A DNA stretch of 64,000 bases, from IMG/VR virus record IMGVR_UViG_3300029522_000074. One strand, given 5' to 3'. The DNA comes from a virus (Duplodnaviria; Heunggongvirae; Uroviricota; Caudoviricetes). The notes under the pieces were generated by a model. It ran no database searches, had not been told where the DNA came from, and saw only the letters and a program-made list of their open reading frames with translations. Below are positions 20,548 through 31,109 of this stretch, piece after piece. The position numbers and the translations under genes were made by a program. Each line of letters starts with the position of its first letter. The stretch's first letter is position 1.

Positions 20548-20691
20548 GTATTATCCTTCTTTGTAAGTATTTCCTACATGATGTCACGAGGATATTTATA
20601 TAACAGAACATCACTGCTCTGACGTGACTCAACCACCTAACCATCTCTATCTAGCCAAACAAAGATGTTTGAATAACCGCTTGTCCTCTAC

Positions 20692-20720
20692 ATTATAAAT
20701 CATATGACATTTTCTGTCAA
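20692..20720 (-). promoter_or_regulatory. Consensus sigma-A promoter for the toxin mRNA
   Basis: TTGACA-17 nt-TATAAT on the minus strand. Confidence 0.8.
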
Positions 20721-21122
20721 AATATTCCAAAAATAAGAGAATAATATAACATATAAATCAATCAGAGAATATAAAAATATCTTAAAAAGAAATTCTTTTG
20801 TATGGGTTGAGTCTAACTTGATCCTAGTTTTCTTAATTCTATCGACATCTAGGATAATCGGTTAATTTCAACCTTAGAAATAAGAAGATGTTCGTGCCTC
20901 TCTGCGTTAATGAGAATCCTAATTGACAGATAATAGTCATTAAATCTTATCAATTAATCTTTACTCCGAAGACCGAAAATATATAGAGAATAATCAGTAA
21001 GCATGGATACCTTGTGTGTCTTAGGGTACTTAGTTTGTACCTGAATAATAACTGGATATGTACAGTCCAATATCAGCTAGTTAGTGCTTTATGCTGATCC
21101 AGTGGGTGAGATGCCCACATTA

Positions 21123-21195
21123 GGTCTGTTCGTCTAGCGATCTAGGACATCGCCCTTTCACGGCGGCAACAGGAGTCCGAATCTCCTACAGATCA
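21123..21195 (+). tRNA. tRNA-Glu(TTC), atypical T- and D-loops
   Basis: GGTCTGT/ACAGATC acceptor, TCGCC-CTTTCAC-GGCGG; T-loop TCCGAAT. Confidence 0.8.
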
Positions 21196-21284
21196 TTACG
21201 TAGCTGATACTTAAATGGACAGCGAGGCTATACATTTTTTGTATAGCAACAGAGAGTCACTTCATGAGGTGGCTCTTTTATTAT

Positions 21285-21367
21285 GTAGTATTGGCAGAGT
21301 TGGTATTGCACTGGTCTTGAAAACCAGCATTCCGAAAGATATGGGAGTTCGATTCTCTCACACAGCG
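21285..21367 (+). tRNA. tRNA-Ser(TGA), degenerate acceptor stem (possible pseudo-tRNA)
   Basis: CTGGT-CTTGAAA-ACCAG, long variable arm, GGGAG-TTCGATT-CTCTC; two mismatches in the acceptor. Confidence 0.6.
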
Positions 21368-21478
21368 TACTAAGTGAATTGCGCTTTTATGGTGTTTTAT
21401 AAGTTGAATTTTTATGAGAAGTGGTATTGCTACTGCTTCTCTTTTTTATATTGGAACAAAAGGAAAGAAGGTGAGACA

Positions 21479-22555
21479 ATGGCTAATTTAAGACAAGCCA
21501 AAACTGATGATGAGGTCAAAAAGTTAACAGTAAATAATGTAAAAGGTGCGTATCATGATTTAGCCATTGACTACAACCATTTACTAGATTTGGATTATAT
21601 CTATTGTCCTCATTGTGGAAAATGGAAATCAACTAAAGGTAATGGAAACTTTTATAAATCTAACAAAAGTAAAAGCGGATTTGAGCATTTTGCATGTAAG
21701 GCTTGTATTTTAGATTTGTGTACTGACGTAGATCCTAAAACTGGCGTTAGAACAGACAATAGAGAAAAAACAATTAACACTTTTAGGCAGCTTGATTGGA
21801 AATTTAGCGAAAGTGATTATAACGCACAACTACAAGCTATTAATGAAGGTGTTGGTGAAAAAGTTCGTGGAACGGCTGTTCAAAATCTTATTGTAATGGT
21901 AGCTTCTCTTCCACAGTATAATAACACTTCCTATAAAGACTCTGAATTTTCTGTTGATGATATGGAAAATAATCCAGAAACAAATACAAAGATTGTCCAA
22001 AAAACTCTCAAATCTGCAAAAAAGCGATTTGGAAACAATTATAACAATGAAGAACTTATGTATCTTGAGACGGAATACCAAGATTGGACGACACGTTACC
22101 CCTGTGAAAATAAATCTCAAGAACTTTTATTTAAACGAGTATGTTGTAAGGAACTTGAAATAGATAATGCTCAAAAAAATGGGAAAGATACAAAAGATTT
22201 AGATGCTACTTTGCAGAATTTATTAGGAAGTTTAAATATCAAGCCTAATCAGAAAACTGCATCTGAATTAACTGATAATCTTACATTTGGACAGCTTATT
22301 GATAGATGGGAGCAGGAACAACCTATACCAGAGCCACAAGGAGAATTTAAAGATCCTGATAAAATTGGATTGCTGATTGATGTATTCTTCAAAGGGCACT
22401 TATCTAAGATGATGGGATTAAAGAATGCATTTTCTGCAACATATGAGAAATTTATTTCTAAATATACTGTTAAGAAACCTGAGTATGATGAAGATACTGA
22501 TTCAGAAGCATTATTTGATAAGATATTCGGTCAAAAAGCTGATGAGGAGGTATAA
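21479..22555 (+). CDS. Zn-finger protein upstream of terminase (YonG-like; putative small terminase)
   Basis: CPHC/CKAC motifs; GAAGG RBS before ATG 21479; synteny. Confidence 0.55.
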   Translation: MANLRQAKTDDEVKKLTVNNVKGAYHDLAIDYNHLLDLDYIYCPHCGKWKSTKGNGNFYKSNKSKSGFEHFACKACILDLCTDVDPKTGVRTDNREKTINTFRQLDWKFSESDYNAQLQAINEGVGEKVRGTAVQNLIVMVASLPQYNNTSYKDSEFSVDDMENNPETNTKIVQKTLKSAKKRFGNNYNNEELMYLETEYQDWTTRYPCENKSQELLFKRVCCKELEIDNAQKNGKDTKDLDATLQNLLGSLNIKPNQKTASELTDNLTFGQLIDRWEQEQPIPEPQGEFKDPDKIGLLIDVFFKGHLSKMMGLKNAFSATYEKFISKYTVKKPEYDEDTDSEALFDKIFGQKADEEV

Positions 22556-22557
22556 TT

Positions 22558-24321
22558 ATGCCTCAAGTAAAAACTCAAACAGAGATAGAAAAAGACAAGC
22601 AACAAAAAATAATGGAAACTGTTGCTTGGAGAGCTGGGTATTATCGCAGTAATCCACATAGATATGTTATTGACGTGTTGGGACTATCTTTAAAATGGTT
22701 TCAACAAATTTTGTTATGGTGCATGATGCACTATAACTTCGTTATGTATCTGGCAGCGAGAGGTCAAGGTAAGACATACCTAACCGCCCTCTTCTGCTGT
22801 GTAAGATGTATTTTATTTCCTGGAACAAAAATCGTTGTTAGTTCTGGAACTCTGAAACAAGCTAACGAAGTCTTGCTCAAAATACAAGATGATTTTATGA
22901 AACAGTCTTCCATATTACGTTCTGAAATTGAGAAATGTAATATAGGTCAAAACGATGCTTCTATTTATTTCAAAAATGGTTCATGGATAAAAACTCGTAC
23001 AAGCTCGGAGAACAGCCGTTCAGCCAGAGCAAATTGTATAGTCGTGGATGAATTTCGTATGGTTGATGAAACTGTAATTAATACAGTATTACGAAAATTC
23101 TTAACAAGCCCTAGACAACCTAAATATCTGAGAAAGCCTGAATATGCACATTTGCAGGAAAGAAATAAGGAAATCTATATGTCCAGTGCATATTTTAAAA
23201 GTTCATGGGCGTATAAAAAGGCACAAAGTTATACATTAAATTTCTTTGACGACACGAAGAAATATTTCATCTGTGGATTACCTTATCAAGTTTCAATAAG
23301 AGAAGGTTTGCTATCTCGCTCTCAGTTAGAGGATGAAATGAGTGAAGCTGACTATAATGAGCTTGTTCAACAAATGGAAATGGAATGTTTGTGGTTTGGT
23401 GACACGGATGGTAGTTTATTCAAATTTGATGAACTTACAGCACGTAGACGGTTGAGAAAAGCATTTCCACCATTAAGTTTCTGTAATGACAAGATAACAA
23501 TTCCGAAGTTGACTGCTACAGGTAAAAGAATTTTATCCATTGACGTTGCTCTTATGAAATCTACAAAAAAGAAAAAGAATGATGCTTCGGCTATTTACAT
23601 TAATGATTTAATTCAAGTAAATGATACAGCTTACCAGTCAAATTTTGTTTATGGTGAAACTTTTGAAGGTTTAAAAACAGATGAGTTAGGAATGATTGTT
23701 ATGAAGTATTTTTATGAATATCAATGTACAGATTTAGTTTTAGATACTAACGGTATCGGCTTGGGTGTATATGATTTCATAACAAAGGATCAAATTTGCC
23801 AAGAAAACGGCAAAAGATATAAAGCCATGACATGTATAAATGATAAGGATATGGCTGAACGATGTAAGGTTCGTGATGCAAATAAAGTTGTTTGGTCTGT
23901 AAAGGCTAATGCTAATTTTAACAATGAAATATGTGTATTACTTAGAAACGGAATACAAAATGGAAAAATCAATTTTCTTATTCCTGAACAAGATGCTGAT
24001 AGTTCATTAAAAGAAACTTATAAAGGATATTTTAAGATGTCTCCAACAGAACAGGCTAAATTGAAAATGTCATACATACAAACAACTTTTGCTGTTTATG
24101 AATTAATAAAATTAGATCATGAAGTTAAAAATGGAAATATTAAGGTAAAAGAGGTTGAAGGTATGCGTAAAGATAGATATTCTTCCATCGCCTATTCTTA
24201 CTGGTGTGCTTGTCAGTTAGAACTTAAATTGAAACCCCAAACACAAAATACACAATCTTTAATTAATAAACTCCCTATCCGTCAACCATCACACTCATCT
24301 TCATTTTCAAAACGATTCTAA
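22558..24321 (+). CDS. terL: Terminase large subunit
   Basis: Walker A ARGQGKT, Walker B VVDE, nuclease SIDVA, DTNGIG and KDRYSS. Confidence 0.9.
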   Translation: MPQVKTQTEIEKDKQQKIMETVAWRAGYYRSNPHRYVIDVLGLSLKWFQQILLWCMMHYNFVMYLAARGQGKTYLTALFCCVRCILFPGTKIVVSSGTLKQANEVLLKIQDDFMKQSSILRSEIEKCNIGQNDASIYFKNGSWIKTRTSSENSRSARANCIVVDEFRMVDETVINTVLRKFLTSPRQPKYLRKPEYAHLQERNKEIYMSSAYFKSSWAYKKAQSYTLNFFDDTKKYFICGLPYQVSIREGLLSRSQLEDEMSEADYNELVQQMEMECLWFGDTDGSLFKFDELTARRRLRKAFPPLSFCNDKITIPKLTATGKRILSIDVALMKSTKKKKNDASAIYINDLIQVNDTAYQSNFVYGETFEGLKTDELGMIVMKYFYEYQCTDLVLDTNGIGLGVYDFITKDQICQENGKRYKAMTCINDKDMAERCKVRDANKVVWSVKANANFNNEICVLLRNGIQNGKINFLIPEQDADSSLKETYKGYFKMSPTEQAKLKMSYIQTTFAVYELIKLDHEVKNGNIKVKEVEGMRKDRYSSIAYSYWCACQLELKLKPQTQNTQSLINKLPIRQPSHSSSFSKRF

Positions 24322-24392
24322 TTAAATCACAAAAATTCACACATAAAAATTAAATAAAAAATCTCAAAGAAAAGGAGGTGTTTACTACATAA

Positions 24393-25940
24393 ATGGCACG
24401 ACCAAAAAAAGAGATGTCAGAAACATCTCCTAAAACAACTACTAAGCGACAACCTACGGCTGCTGAACGAAAGCAGTATATGGAAAAGCTTGAAGCACAG
24501 AAACAAAAATTTGCCGAAAGCAAACAGGCATTTAAGCAAGTTCGTGATGTAACCAAAACAGTTCGACAGACAACTATTAGTTCTTATAGTAAAGATGATG
24601 TCATCAGATATTTACAGAACATAGACAGCTATGAATCTGAATTACGTGGATTATCACGTTATCTCTTCTATCGTTCTCAGGTATATTTCAGATTGATTAT
24701 GTATAACGCTACAATGTTTGATTTGAATTCAAGATATGTTGTTCCTACATATAATCCCATTGAAGATAATGATAAAGAAGCAATCCTAAAAGATTATTAT
24801 GAAACATTACAGGTCTTAGACAGGATGGATTTACAGAACAGCCTACTTCCTATGTTAATCAATAATTTTATCGAAGATGTTTATTATGGTTGTTGTTGGA
24901 TAGATGAGACAGGTATTTTCATATTAAAAATACCACCTGAATATTGTAGGATTTCAGGAAAATATTTCACAGGTGATTTTTCATTCAGCGTGGATATGAG
25001 TAATTATAAAAAATTTGAAGATATCCTTGATTTTCTTGGAGAACCATTAAGTTCAATGTATAAAGCTTATGGTGGAGATAGTAAAAACAAATGGCAACCT
25101 ATGCCAGATGAATATGCTTTGTGTACAAAGTCAAGAATGGAGTCTTGGGAAACAATTGTACCAATTTACAGTGGACTATTCATCGACTTAATTGGGTTGC
25201 TTAATTTAGCTGATGTACAAGCTGTAGCAGATGAACAACAGATTTATAAATTGATTACTGCTACTATTCCAACATTATCAGGTGCAACAGATCCCGATGC
25301 ATGGTCAGTTAATATTGACTTAGCTGTGGATTATTACAACAAGATGGTTGAAAGTTTACCTGATTATGTAGGTGCTGCAATTACCCCTATCCCACTTGGT
25401 ACTATTTCATTCTCTGATGACCAATCTACTGACACAACAAAAGTTCAAAAGGCAACAAAGGAAGTTTTAAATACTTCTGGTGGCGCACAGATTTTGAACT
25501 CTTCTACTATTAGTGGAGCTGAAGCATTTCGTTCAGCGACTCGTGCTGATACAGAATTTGCAATTTCAGCATTACTTGGTCAGATTCAAGGTTGGACAAA
25601 TCGTATGCTTGGCTATCAAGTTTCTAATCCTGCCAAAGTAAAATTCTTTGAAGTATCAGCATATACCAAAGACGCATTTAAGGAATCATTACAAAAAGAT
25701 TTACAGTATGATGCAACAAAGATTCTTGCAATCAATGCACTTAATGGTATTAGTGAATTAGATACATTATCACTCGCATTCTTAGGTAATGACATTCTTG
25801 ATTTACCAAATAGATTTAAGATTCTTACTTCTGCTAATACAGTTTCAAATAGCTCTGATGGAACAAAACCAGAGGTTTCTGATACACAGATTTCAGATGA
25901 GGGAAGTGAAACTCGTGACCAGAATAAGAACGATAATTAG
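24393..25940 (+). CDS. Portal protein (YonE-like)
   Basis: 515 aa directly after terL; SPbeta-like gene order. Confidence 0.7.
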   Translation: MARPKKEMSETSPKTTTKRQPTAAERKQYMEKLEAQKQKFAESKQAFKQVRDVTKTVRQTTISSYSKDDVIRYLQNIDSYESELRGLSRYLFYRSQVYFRLIMYNATMFDLNSRYVVPTYNPIEDNDKEAILKDYYETLQVLDRMDLQNSLLPMLINNFIEDVYYGCCWIDETGIFILKIPPEYCRISGKYFTGDFSFSVDMSNYKKFEDILDFLGEPLSSMYKAYGGDSKNKWQPMPDEYALCTKSRMESWETIVPIYSGLFIDLIGLLNLADVQAVADEQQIYKLITATIPTLSGATDPDAWSVNIDLAVDYYNKMVESLPDYVGAAITPIPLGTISFSDDQSTDTTKVQKATKEVLNTSGGAQILNSSTISGAEAFRSATRADTEFAISALLGQIQGWTNRMLGYQVSNPAKVKFFEVSAYTKDAFKESLQKDLQYDATKILAINALNGISELDTLSLAFLGNDILDLPNRFKILTSANTVSNSSDGTKPEVSDTQISDEGSETRDQNKNDN

Positions 25941-25951
25941 GAGATAAAAGG

Positions 25952-26134
25952 ATGGAACAGAATTTTATAAAAACTACAGATGTCTCTACTGCCGAGAAAT
26001 TATCCTCTCTTGGTTTTCAGAGAATAGATATTGCGAATGGTATTTATACCTTTTTGAATTCTGGAAAAATTCAGTTTTCAAATGATGATATAGATAAAAG
26101 AAAAATTCAGTATAGCAATATGCTGAGTATTTAG
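25952..26134 (+). CDS. Hypothetical protein
   Basis: ORF with AGGAG RBS. Confidence 0.65.
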   Translation: MEQNFIKTTDVSTAEKLSSLGFQRIDIANGIYTFLNSGKIQFSNDDIDKRKIQYSNMLSI

Positions 26135-26181
26135 CACTCTCCTATCTGAGTGCTCATGAATAATTCAGAAAGGAGGAAATA

Positions 26182-27957
26182 ATGCAAAAGAAATATTTTA
26201 CAATTGAAGATTTAATTAGTTTCTGTAAGCATAAGAAAATGTATAATTTTTCTTCAAAAGAATCTGGCAAACCACTTTATGTACAGGCGGTTCAAGATTT
26301 TTCTTCTGCTGACATAGAAAAAGCCGAAGATAATAAATTATATGCTAAAGTGCGTGTTTGTCACACATTACTTAATCGTAATGGTAGTTACATATCTGAA
26401 GATTCTATGAAGGCTGCAATGCCAAGTCTAAAATATTCTCCGCTACTTGCGAACATTCATCAATTGGATGATGGCTCTTGGGATTTCCACTCTCACGATT
26501 ATCATATAGAAACAGATGAAGATGGTAATGAAATAACCGTATATGATGAAAAACAGGTTGGTACTTTTACAGCAGACGAACCTTATCTCGAATATGACAA
26601 AGATATGGATAAAACATATGTCGTTGCTCGTGTGGCAATTCCTGAATCATATACTCGTTGTGCAGACATCATTCGTGAAAAAAATGGAACAAAGGTGAGC
26701 TGTGAGCTGATTGTATACGAGTGTTCATACAATGCAAAAGAAAAGTATCTACAATTAGATGATTTTGAATTTGCAGGATGTACTTGCTTGGGATCTGAGA
26801 AAGATGGAACACCTATTGGTGAGGGAATGCTTGGAAGCAAAATTACGCTCGAAGATTTCAGTGAAGAAAATAACAGTCTAATTAAATTTAATGAAAAAAT
26901 GGTTGAATTACAGGCACGACTTGAAAAATTAGAGACTGCTTGTTTTGACAATAAAAACAATTCTAAGGAAGGAGGAAACAACGTCAATATGAATAAATTT
27001 GAAGAGTTATGTCAGAAGTATGGAAAAACAGTTGATGATATTACATTCGATTATGAAAATATGTCAGACGAAGAATTAGTTGAAGCATTTGCAAAAGCAT
27101 TTGATGATACTGATACTACTGATGGCACTACAGATAATACTTCAACGGAAGATACTCCTTCTACAGACGAGGGTGTAGAACCAACTAATGATGAACCAAC
27201 CGAATCTACTAAAGATGATAGCAAGGAGGATTCAACTACAGATGAATCAACTACTACTCCATCAGATGATGATGAAGTCAAGAAGAAAGTAGATAATTCT
27301 GTATCTAATAATACTGTTGAGTATTCATTTGTGAAAGATGGAGAAATCAAAAAGTTTGCTGTATCTTTACAGGATAAAATCTATGCTATCCAGGATTTAG
27401 TAAACGCTACATATGCTGAGACAGATAATACATATTATGGTGTCACTGTTTATGATGATTATGTAATCATGTGTGATTGGTGGTCTGGAAGATATTATAA
27501 GCAGACTTATGATTCTAAGGATGACAACTATTCTCTTACTGGTGACAGAGTTGAAGTATATATTGAGTTTGTTACTGCTGATGAACAGAAAGAACTTGAT
27601 GATATGCGTTCAAATTATGCTGAATTAAAAGCATTTAAGGAAACTGTAGAAAAGAATGAACTTCATGAAAAGCGTGAAGAAATTCTTGCAGATAAGAGAT
27701 ACGAATCTATTTCTACAAAAGATAAAGAAGAAAATTTTGTAAACAAAGATTTTGCCGAGCTTTATAAGAATATGGATAACTACTCTCTTGCTGAACTGGA
27801 AACACAGGTTAAAGTGATTCATTCTGATTTTATTGCAGAACATTCAACTTTTTCTGCATCGACAGAGGAGAAGAAATCAACTTCTAAGAAACAGTTCGCT
27901 AACCCATCTAAAGTTGTTAAATCAAGTAGATATGGAAAATTGTTTCAGAACAAATAA
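26182..27957 (+). CDS. Prohead protease/scaffold (YonD-like)
   Basis: H..LNRNGS and VSCEL protease-like N-terminus; acidic/coiled-coil C-terminus; position. Confidence 0.65.
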   Translation: MQKKYFTIEDLISFCKHKKMYNFSSKESGKPLYVQAVQDFSSADIEKAEDNKLYAKVRVCHTLLNRNGSYISEDSMKAAMPSLKYSPLLANIHQLDDGSWDFHSHDYHIETDEDGNEITVYDEKQVGTFTADEPYLEYDKDMDKTYVVARVAIPESYTRCADIIREKNGTKVSCELIVYECSYNAKEKYLQLDDFEFAGCTCLGSEKDGTPIGEGMLGSKITLEDFSEENNSLIKFNEKMVELQARLEKLETACFDNKNNSKEGGNNVNMNKFEELCQKYGKTVDDITFDYENMSDEELVEAFAKAFDDTDTTDGTTDNTSTEDTPSTDEGVEPTNDEPTESTKDDSKEDSTTDESTTTPSDDDEVKKKVDNSVSNNTVEYSFVKDGEIKKFAVSLQDKIYAIQDLVNATYAETDNTYYGVTVYDDYVIMCDWWSGRYYKQTYDSKDDNYSLTGDRVEVYIEFVTADEQKELDDMRSNYAELKAFKETVEKNELHEKREEILADKRYESISTKDKEENFVNKDFAELYKNMDNYSLAELETQVKVIHSDFIAEHSTFSASTEEKKSTSKKQFANPSKVVKSSRYGKLFQNK

Positions 27958-28042
27958 ATAGAAAATTAAATAATCACTTTTTGTTAGGTCGCTTTTATAA
28001 AGCGGTCTTTTTTATTTTATCAAATTTAAGGAGGAAAAAATA

Positions 28043-28537
28043 ATGGCTTTACGTTATTCAATTGAACAGCATCATGTTTGCTTCCCTACTAAAGTCCTTT
28101 CTGAGCGTGTAGGTAGAACATTAAACATGGTAATTAAGACAGATACAGACAACGGTACTGTATGCGGAAAAGGTAAATATGTATCTTTTGATCAGTATGA
28201 GGTCGCTGACGCACCTACTACTTTTGAAGGGGAAATTCTTGAGCAGGCTGCTGATGGAAACTGGTATGTGGAGGTTAAGAAGATTGATCCTAATGCACCA
28301 GCGATTTTAATTTATGAAGTTCCTACTATTGCAGAAAACTATAACTCTAAGTTTACAGCTACTTCTAACTTCTTTAACGAAGCAAGTGCAAGTAGAACAA
28401 AGACTGTTAGAGGTTTTGTTCTCGGTGTAACAGATGTATATGAGCTTAGTGCAGATGCTTTTGATGGTACACCTGTTGCAGGTAAGAAGGTAACTATCGA
28501 AGCTGGTAGCCAGAAACACAAGGTAGCTACTGCGTAA
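28043..28537 (+). CDS. Head decoration/capsid-associated protein (YonC-like)
   Basis: Small beta-rich ORF directly before the capsid gene. Confidence 0.55.
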   Translation: MALRYSIEQHHVCFPTKVLSERVGRTLNMVIKTDTDNGTVCGKGKYVSFDQYEVADAPTTFEGEILEQAADGNWYVEVKKIDPNAPAILIYEVPTIAENYNSKFTATSNFFNEASASRTKTVRGFVLGVTDVYELSADAFDGTPVAGKKVTIEAGSQKHKVATA

Positions 28538-28556
28538 GAAAGGAGGATAAAATATA

Positions 28557-29669
28557 ATGAGTAGAATGAATTTTACCGCACATGTAATGAATGTGTTTAA
28601 AGAAATGGAAACATCTTATGATGAAATTAAGAACCTTATGTTTGATTTATATAAGGGAGAACTTGATGAGGGTATTTCTAAGAAGGATGCCGAGGATAAG
28701 CTTCGTGAAATGTCTCTTAAAATCTTTGGTTTAACAAAGAATGCTAAGAAGAGAGAGCGTATTCGTGCTTACGAAGAGTTTGGTAGACAGTTCTTTAATG
28801 TTATTGAGGAGGTAACAGACTGGACAGTATCTACAGGTCTTAAAGAGAACGAATGGTTCAATGAGCTTGTAAACTATAGAAATCTTAATGATGGTGATGA
28901 GAACTTATTTAAGAACGAACATGAGGAAGTAATTCTTTCTGTTGCAAGAATGGGTAAGAGACACCATGATACAATGCTCCAGAGATTACCAGAAGGTGAA
29001 ACATACTCTGTTGAGACTGATCTTTATGGTGCTGCTGTTGGTGCTGATATTGATAAGTATTTAATTGGACAGGAAGATTGGACAAAACTTATTGATGCTA
29101 TCACAAAGGCATTCGTTGTTATGGTTCAGGATCTTATCTTCGCAGAAGTTCTTAATGCTCCAAAGAAGCTTCCTGTACAGACAGGTTTCGTTGAGACTGG
29201 TGCTTTAAATACACAGAACAGAGGCAAGTTCAACAAGGTACTTCAGAATGTATCTGTTGCAAATGACAATGCGGAAGTTGTAATTATGGGTACTATGGTA
29301 GGTCTTCAGGAACTTGAAAACCTTGTAAATGTAAACTGGATTGCTGCTTCTCAGAAGGAAGCCGTTGCTTCTATGGGTAGACTTGGTAATTATGGTCGTT
29401 ATCGTCTTGTTGAGATTCCACAGAGATTCGCAAGAAATGATGTAACAAAGACTATGTACGATGATGATACACTTTGGATCTTCGCTTCTGGTGATAATAA
29501 GATGGTTGATATGGTTGATGTTGGTGAAACAATCATTGATGAGATTACTGACAGAGGTGAGGCTAATAGTAATATTGCGGATCTTATGAAGTACGAAGTA
29601 CAGAGAGAACTTGGTGTTGCTACTCGTCTTGGTCGTTACTTTGGTCAGTGGAAGATTACTCAGGACTAA
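28557..29669 (+). CDS. Major capsid protein
   Basis: 370 aa, strong RBS, position after protease and decoration genes. Confidence 0.75.
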   Translation: MSRMNFTAHVMNVFKEMETSYDEIKNLMFDLYKGELDEGISKKDAEDKLREMSLKIFGLTKNAKKRERIRAYEEFGRQFFNVIEEVTDWTVSTGLKENEWFNELVNYRNLNDGDENLFKNEHEEVILSVARMGKRHHDTMLQRLPEGETYSVETDLYGAAVGADIDKYLIGQEDWTKLIDAITKAFVVMVQDLIFAEVLNAPKKLPVQTGFVETGALNTQNRGKFNKVLQNVSVANDNAEVVIMGTMVGLQELENLVNVNWIAASQKEAVASMGRLGNYGRYRLVEIPQRFARNDVTKTMYDDDTLWIFASGDNKMVDMVDVGETIIDEITDRGEANSNIADLMKYEVQRELGVATRLGRYFGQWKITQD

Positions 29670-29740
29670 TTTAATACAATACTTATGTAGGAGGGTATGA
29701 AAATACTCTCCTATTTTATATGGAAAGAAAGGAAATAAAA

Positions 29741-30274
29741 ATGGGTTATACAAAGAAAACTGTCGCAAAAACAGAAGAAACTGTTGAAGCGAAAGTAACT
29801 GAAAAGCCAAAGAAAACTTTTACTGATTCTGACTTTATTTTATGTCGTTCAGTATGTTTTGGCGGTTTAAATATTACATGTCCATCTGGTAATACATATG
29901 AATTTAAGGATTATGGGAAGACTTGCGAAATTAACTACAGAGATTTAGTTACTTTGATTCGTAAGGGTTCTGACCATATTTTCTTGCCTAGATTTATTAT
30001 TGAAGATGATGATTTGTTAGCTGATTTCCCTTCAGTTACAAAAGTATATGACAATATGTATACAGCAGAGGATTTATTAGAAATTTTAGATTTACCTAAT
30101 AGCAGAATGAGAACGGAAATTGAAAAACTTCCTATCGGTGCAAAGGATGTACTTTGTCAGATGGTTGCAGGTGAAATCGCAAATGGACATCTTGATAGTA
30201 TTTCAAAGGTAAGAACCTTAAGTGAGATTTTTGATTCTGATTTTGATTTGATTAGTAAGTTATTCGTTAAGTAA
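29741..30274 (+). CDS. Hypothetical virion morphogenesis protein (YonA-like)
   Basis: Position after capsid gene; AAGGA RBS. Confidence 0.5.
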   Translation: MGYTKKTVAKTEETVEAKVTEKPKKTFTDSDFILCRSVCFGGLNITCPSGNTYEFKDYGKTCEINYRDLVTLIRKGSDHIFLPRFIIEDDDLLADFPSVTKVYDNMYTAEDLLEILDLPNSRMRTEIEKLPIGAKDVLCQMVAGEIANGHLDSISKVRTLSEIFDSDFDLISKLFVK

Positions 30275-30286
30275 AGGAGGCTCACA

Positions 30287-30742
30287 ATGACGCTTCCATA
30301 CGAAACAATTTTTTCACGAACAAGAGGACGAATTTCAGATATGAAAGAACTCTCTCTTGACGAAAACGATTTGCTTGAAATTTATACAGAACGATTAAGC
30401 AATGTAATTGCTAATCCAAGAGTGCGCAGGCTATTCTCTTCTCTCACACTCGATGATGAAATTCAACAGTTGGATTTTGTACTGAATAATTCAGTAGATG
30501 AAACGGCTGATATGAATTTTGTCGTAGGAATTCTTGTACTTGGAATGACGATTGAATGGTTGCAGCCACAGGTTGATTCTATTATGCACACATCAGTAAT
30601 GATAGGTGGTAAGGAAGAAAAGAAGCTACTCGACAATCATAAAAATATGATTGACCGTCTGGATTCCATGAAAACCGAATTGAATAAACGTATTCGTGAT
30701 TACGGATATATGTACAATTCTTATATCAATACGGAGTCCTAA
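30287..30742 (+). CDS. Putative head-tail connector protein
   Basis: Position and size; AAGGAGG RBS. Confidence 0.5.
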   Translation: MTLPYETIFSRTRGRISDMKELSLDENDLLEIYTERLSNVIANPRVRRLFSSLTLDDEIQQLDFVLNNSVDETADMNFVVGILVLGMTIEWLQPQVDSIMHTSVMIGGKEEKKLLDNHKNMIDRLDSMKTELNKRIRDYGYMYNSYINTES

Positions 30743-30743
30743 T

Positions 30744-31109
30744 ATGCAATACATATATGGTGACTTCACAGACAAGCAAATCAATAAAGCAGTTCGTGCA
30801 ATGCATGGCGACATTCACAAATTACTGCTCTATAAAGACAAGACAATTGAAGAGAAAATATTTGAAGATGATGAAGCATTTCTCGTCTTCTTTGAGAATG
30901 TTATGTTTAAATTAGGCGGTACAAAAACCTTATTTAATGACAACGGACTTATGGTAACTCTTATGGCAACCTTACAAGGTGCTATGGATAATTTTAAGAG
31001 CGACCATTTTAGTTACAAAAAATTCCGTAGGGCGATTTTAGATTCTCACGGATATATAAAAGCAATGTTTGAGGAGGTGGGTTGCGATGCCGAGTCTACA
31101 AACAGCTAG
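30744..31109 (+). CDS. Hypothetical protein
   Basis: ORF; GGAG RBS before ATG 30744. Confidence 0.6.
   Translation: MQYIYGDFTDKQINKAVRAMHGDIHKLLLYKDKTIEEKIFEDDEAFLVFFENVMFKLGGTKTLFNDNGLMVTLMATLQGAMDNFKSDHFSYKKFRRAILDSHGYIKAMFEEVGCDAESTNS

Noticed and set aside
18398..20817. Separate integrative element at tRNA-Tyr (recombinase plus GGTTGAGTCTAAC at 20805 resembling the tRNA T-arm)
   Set aside because: The match is short and gapped and is part of a local hairpin; SPbeta-like phages carry such a recombinase in their late region
27051..27350. Antisense ORFs within structural genes (also 26583, 29205, 42290, 53432, 56691)
   Set aside because: Shadow frames of long + strand genes
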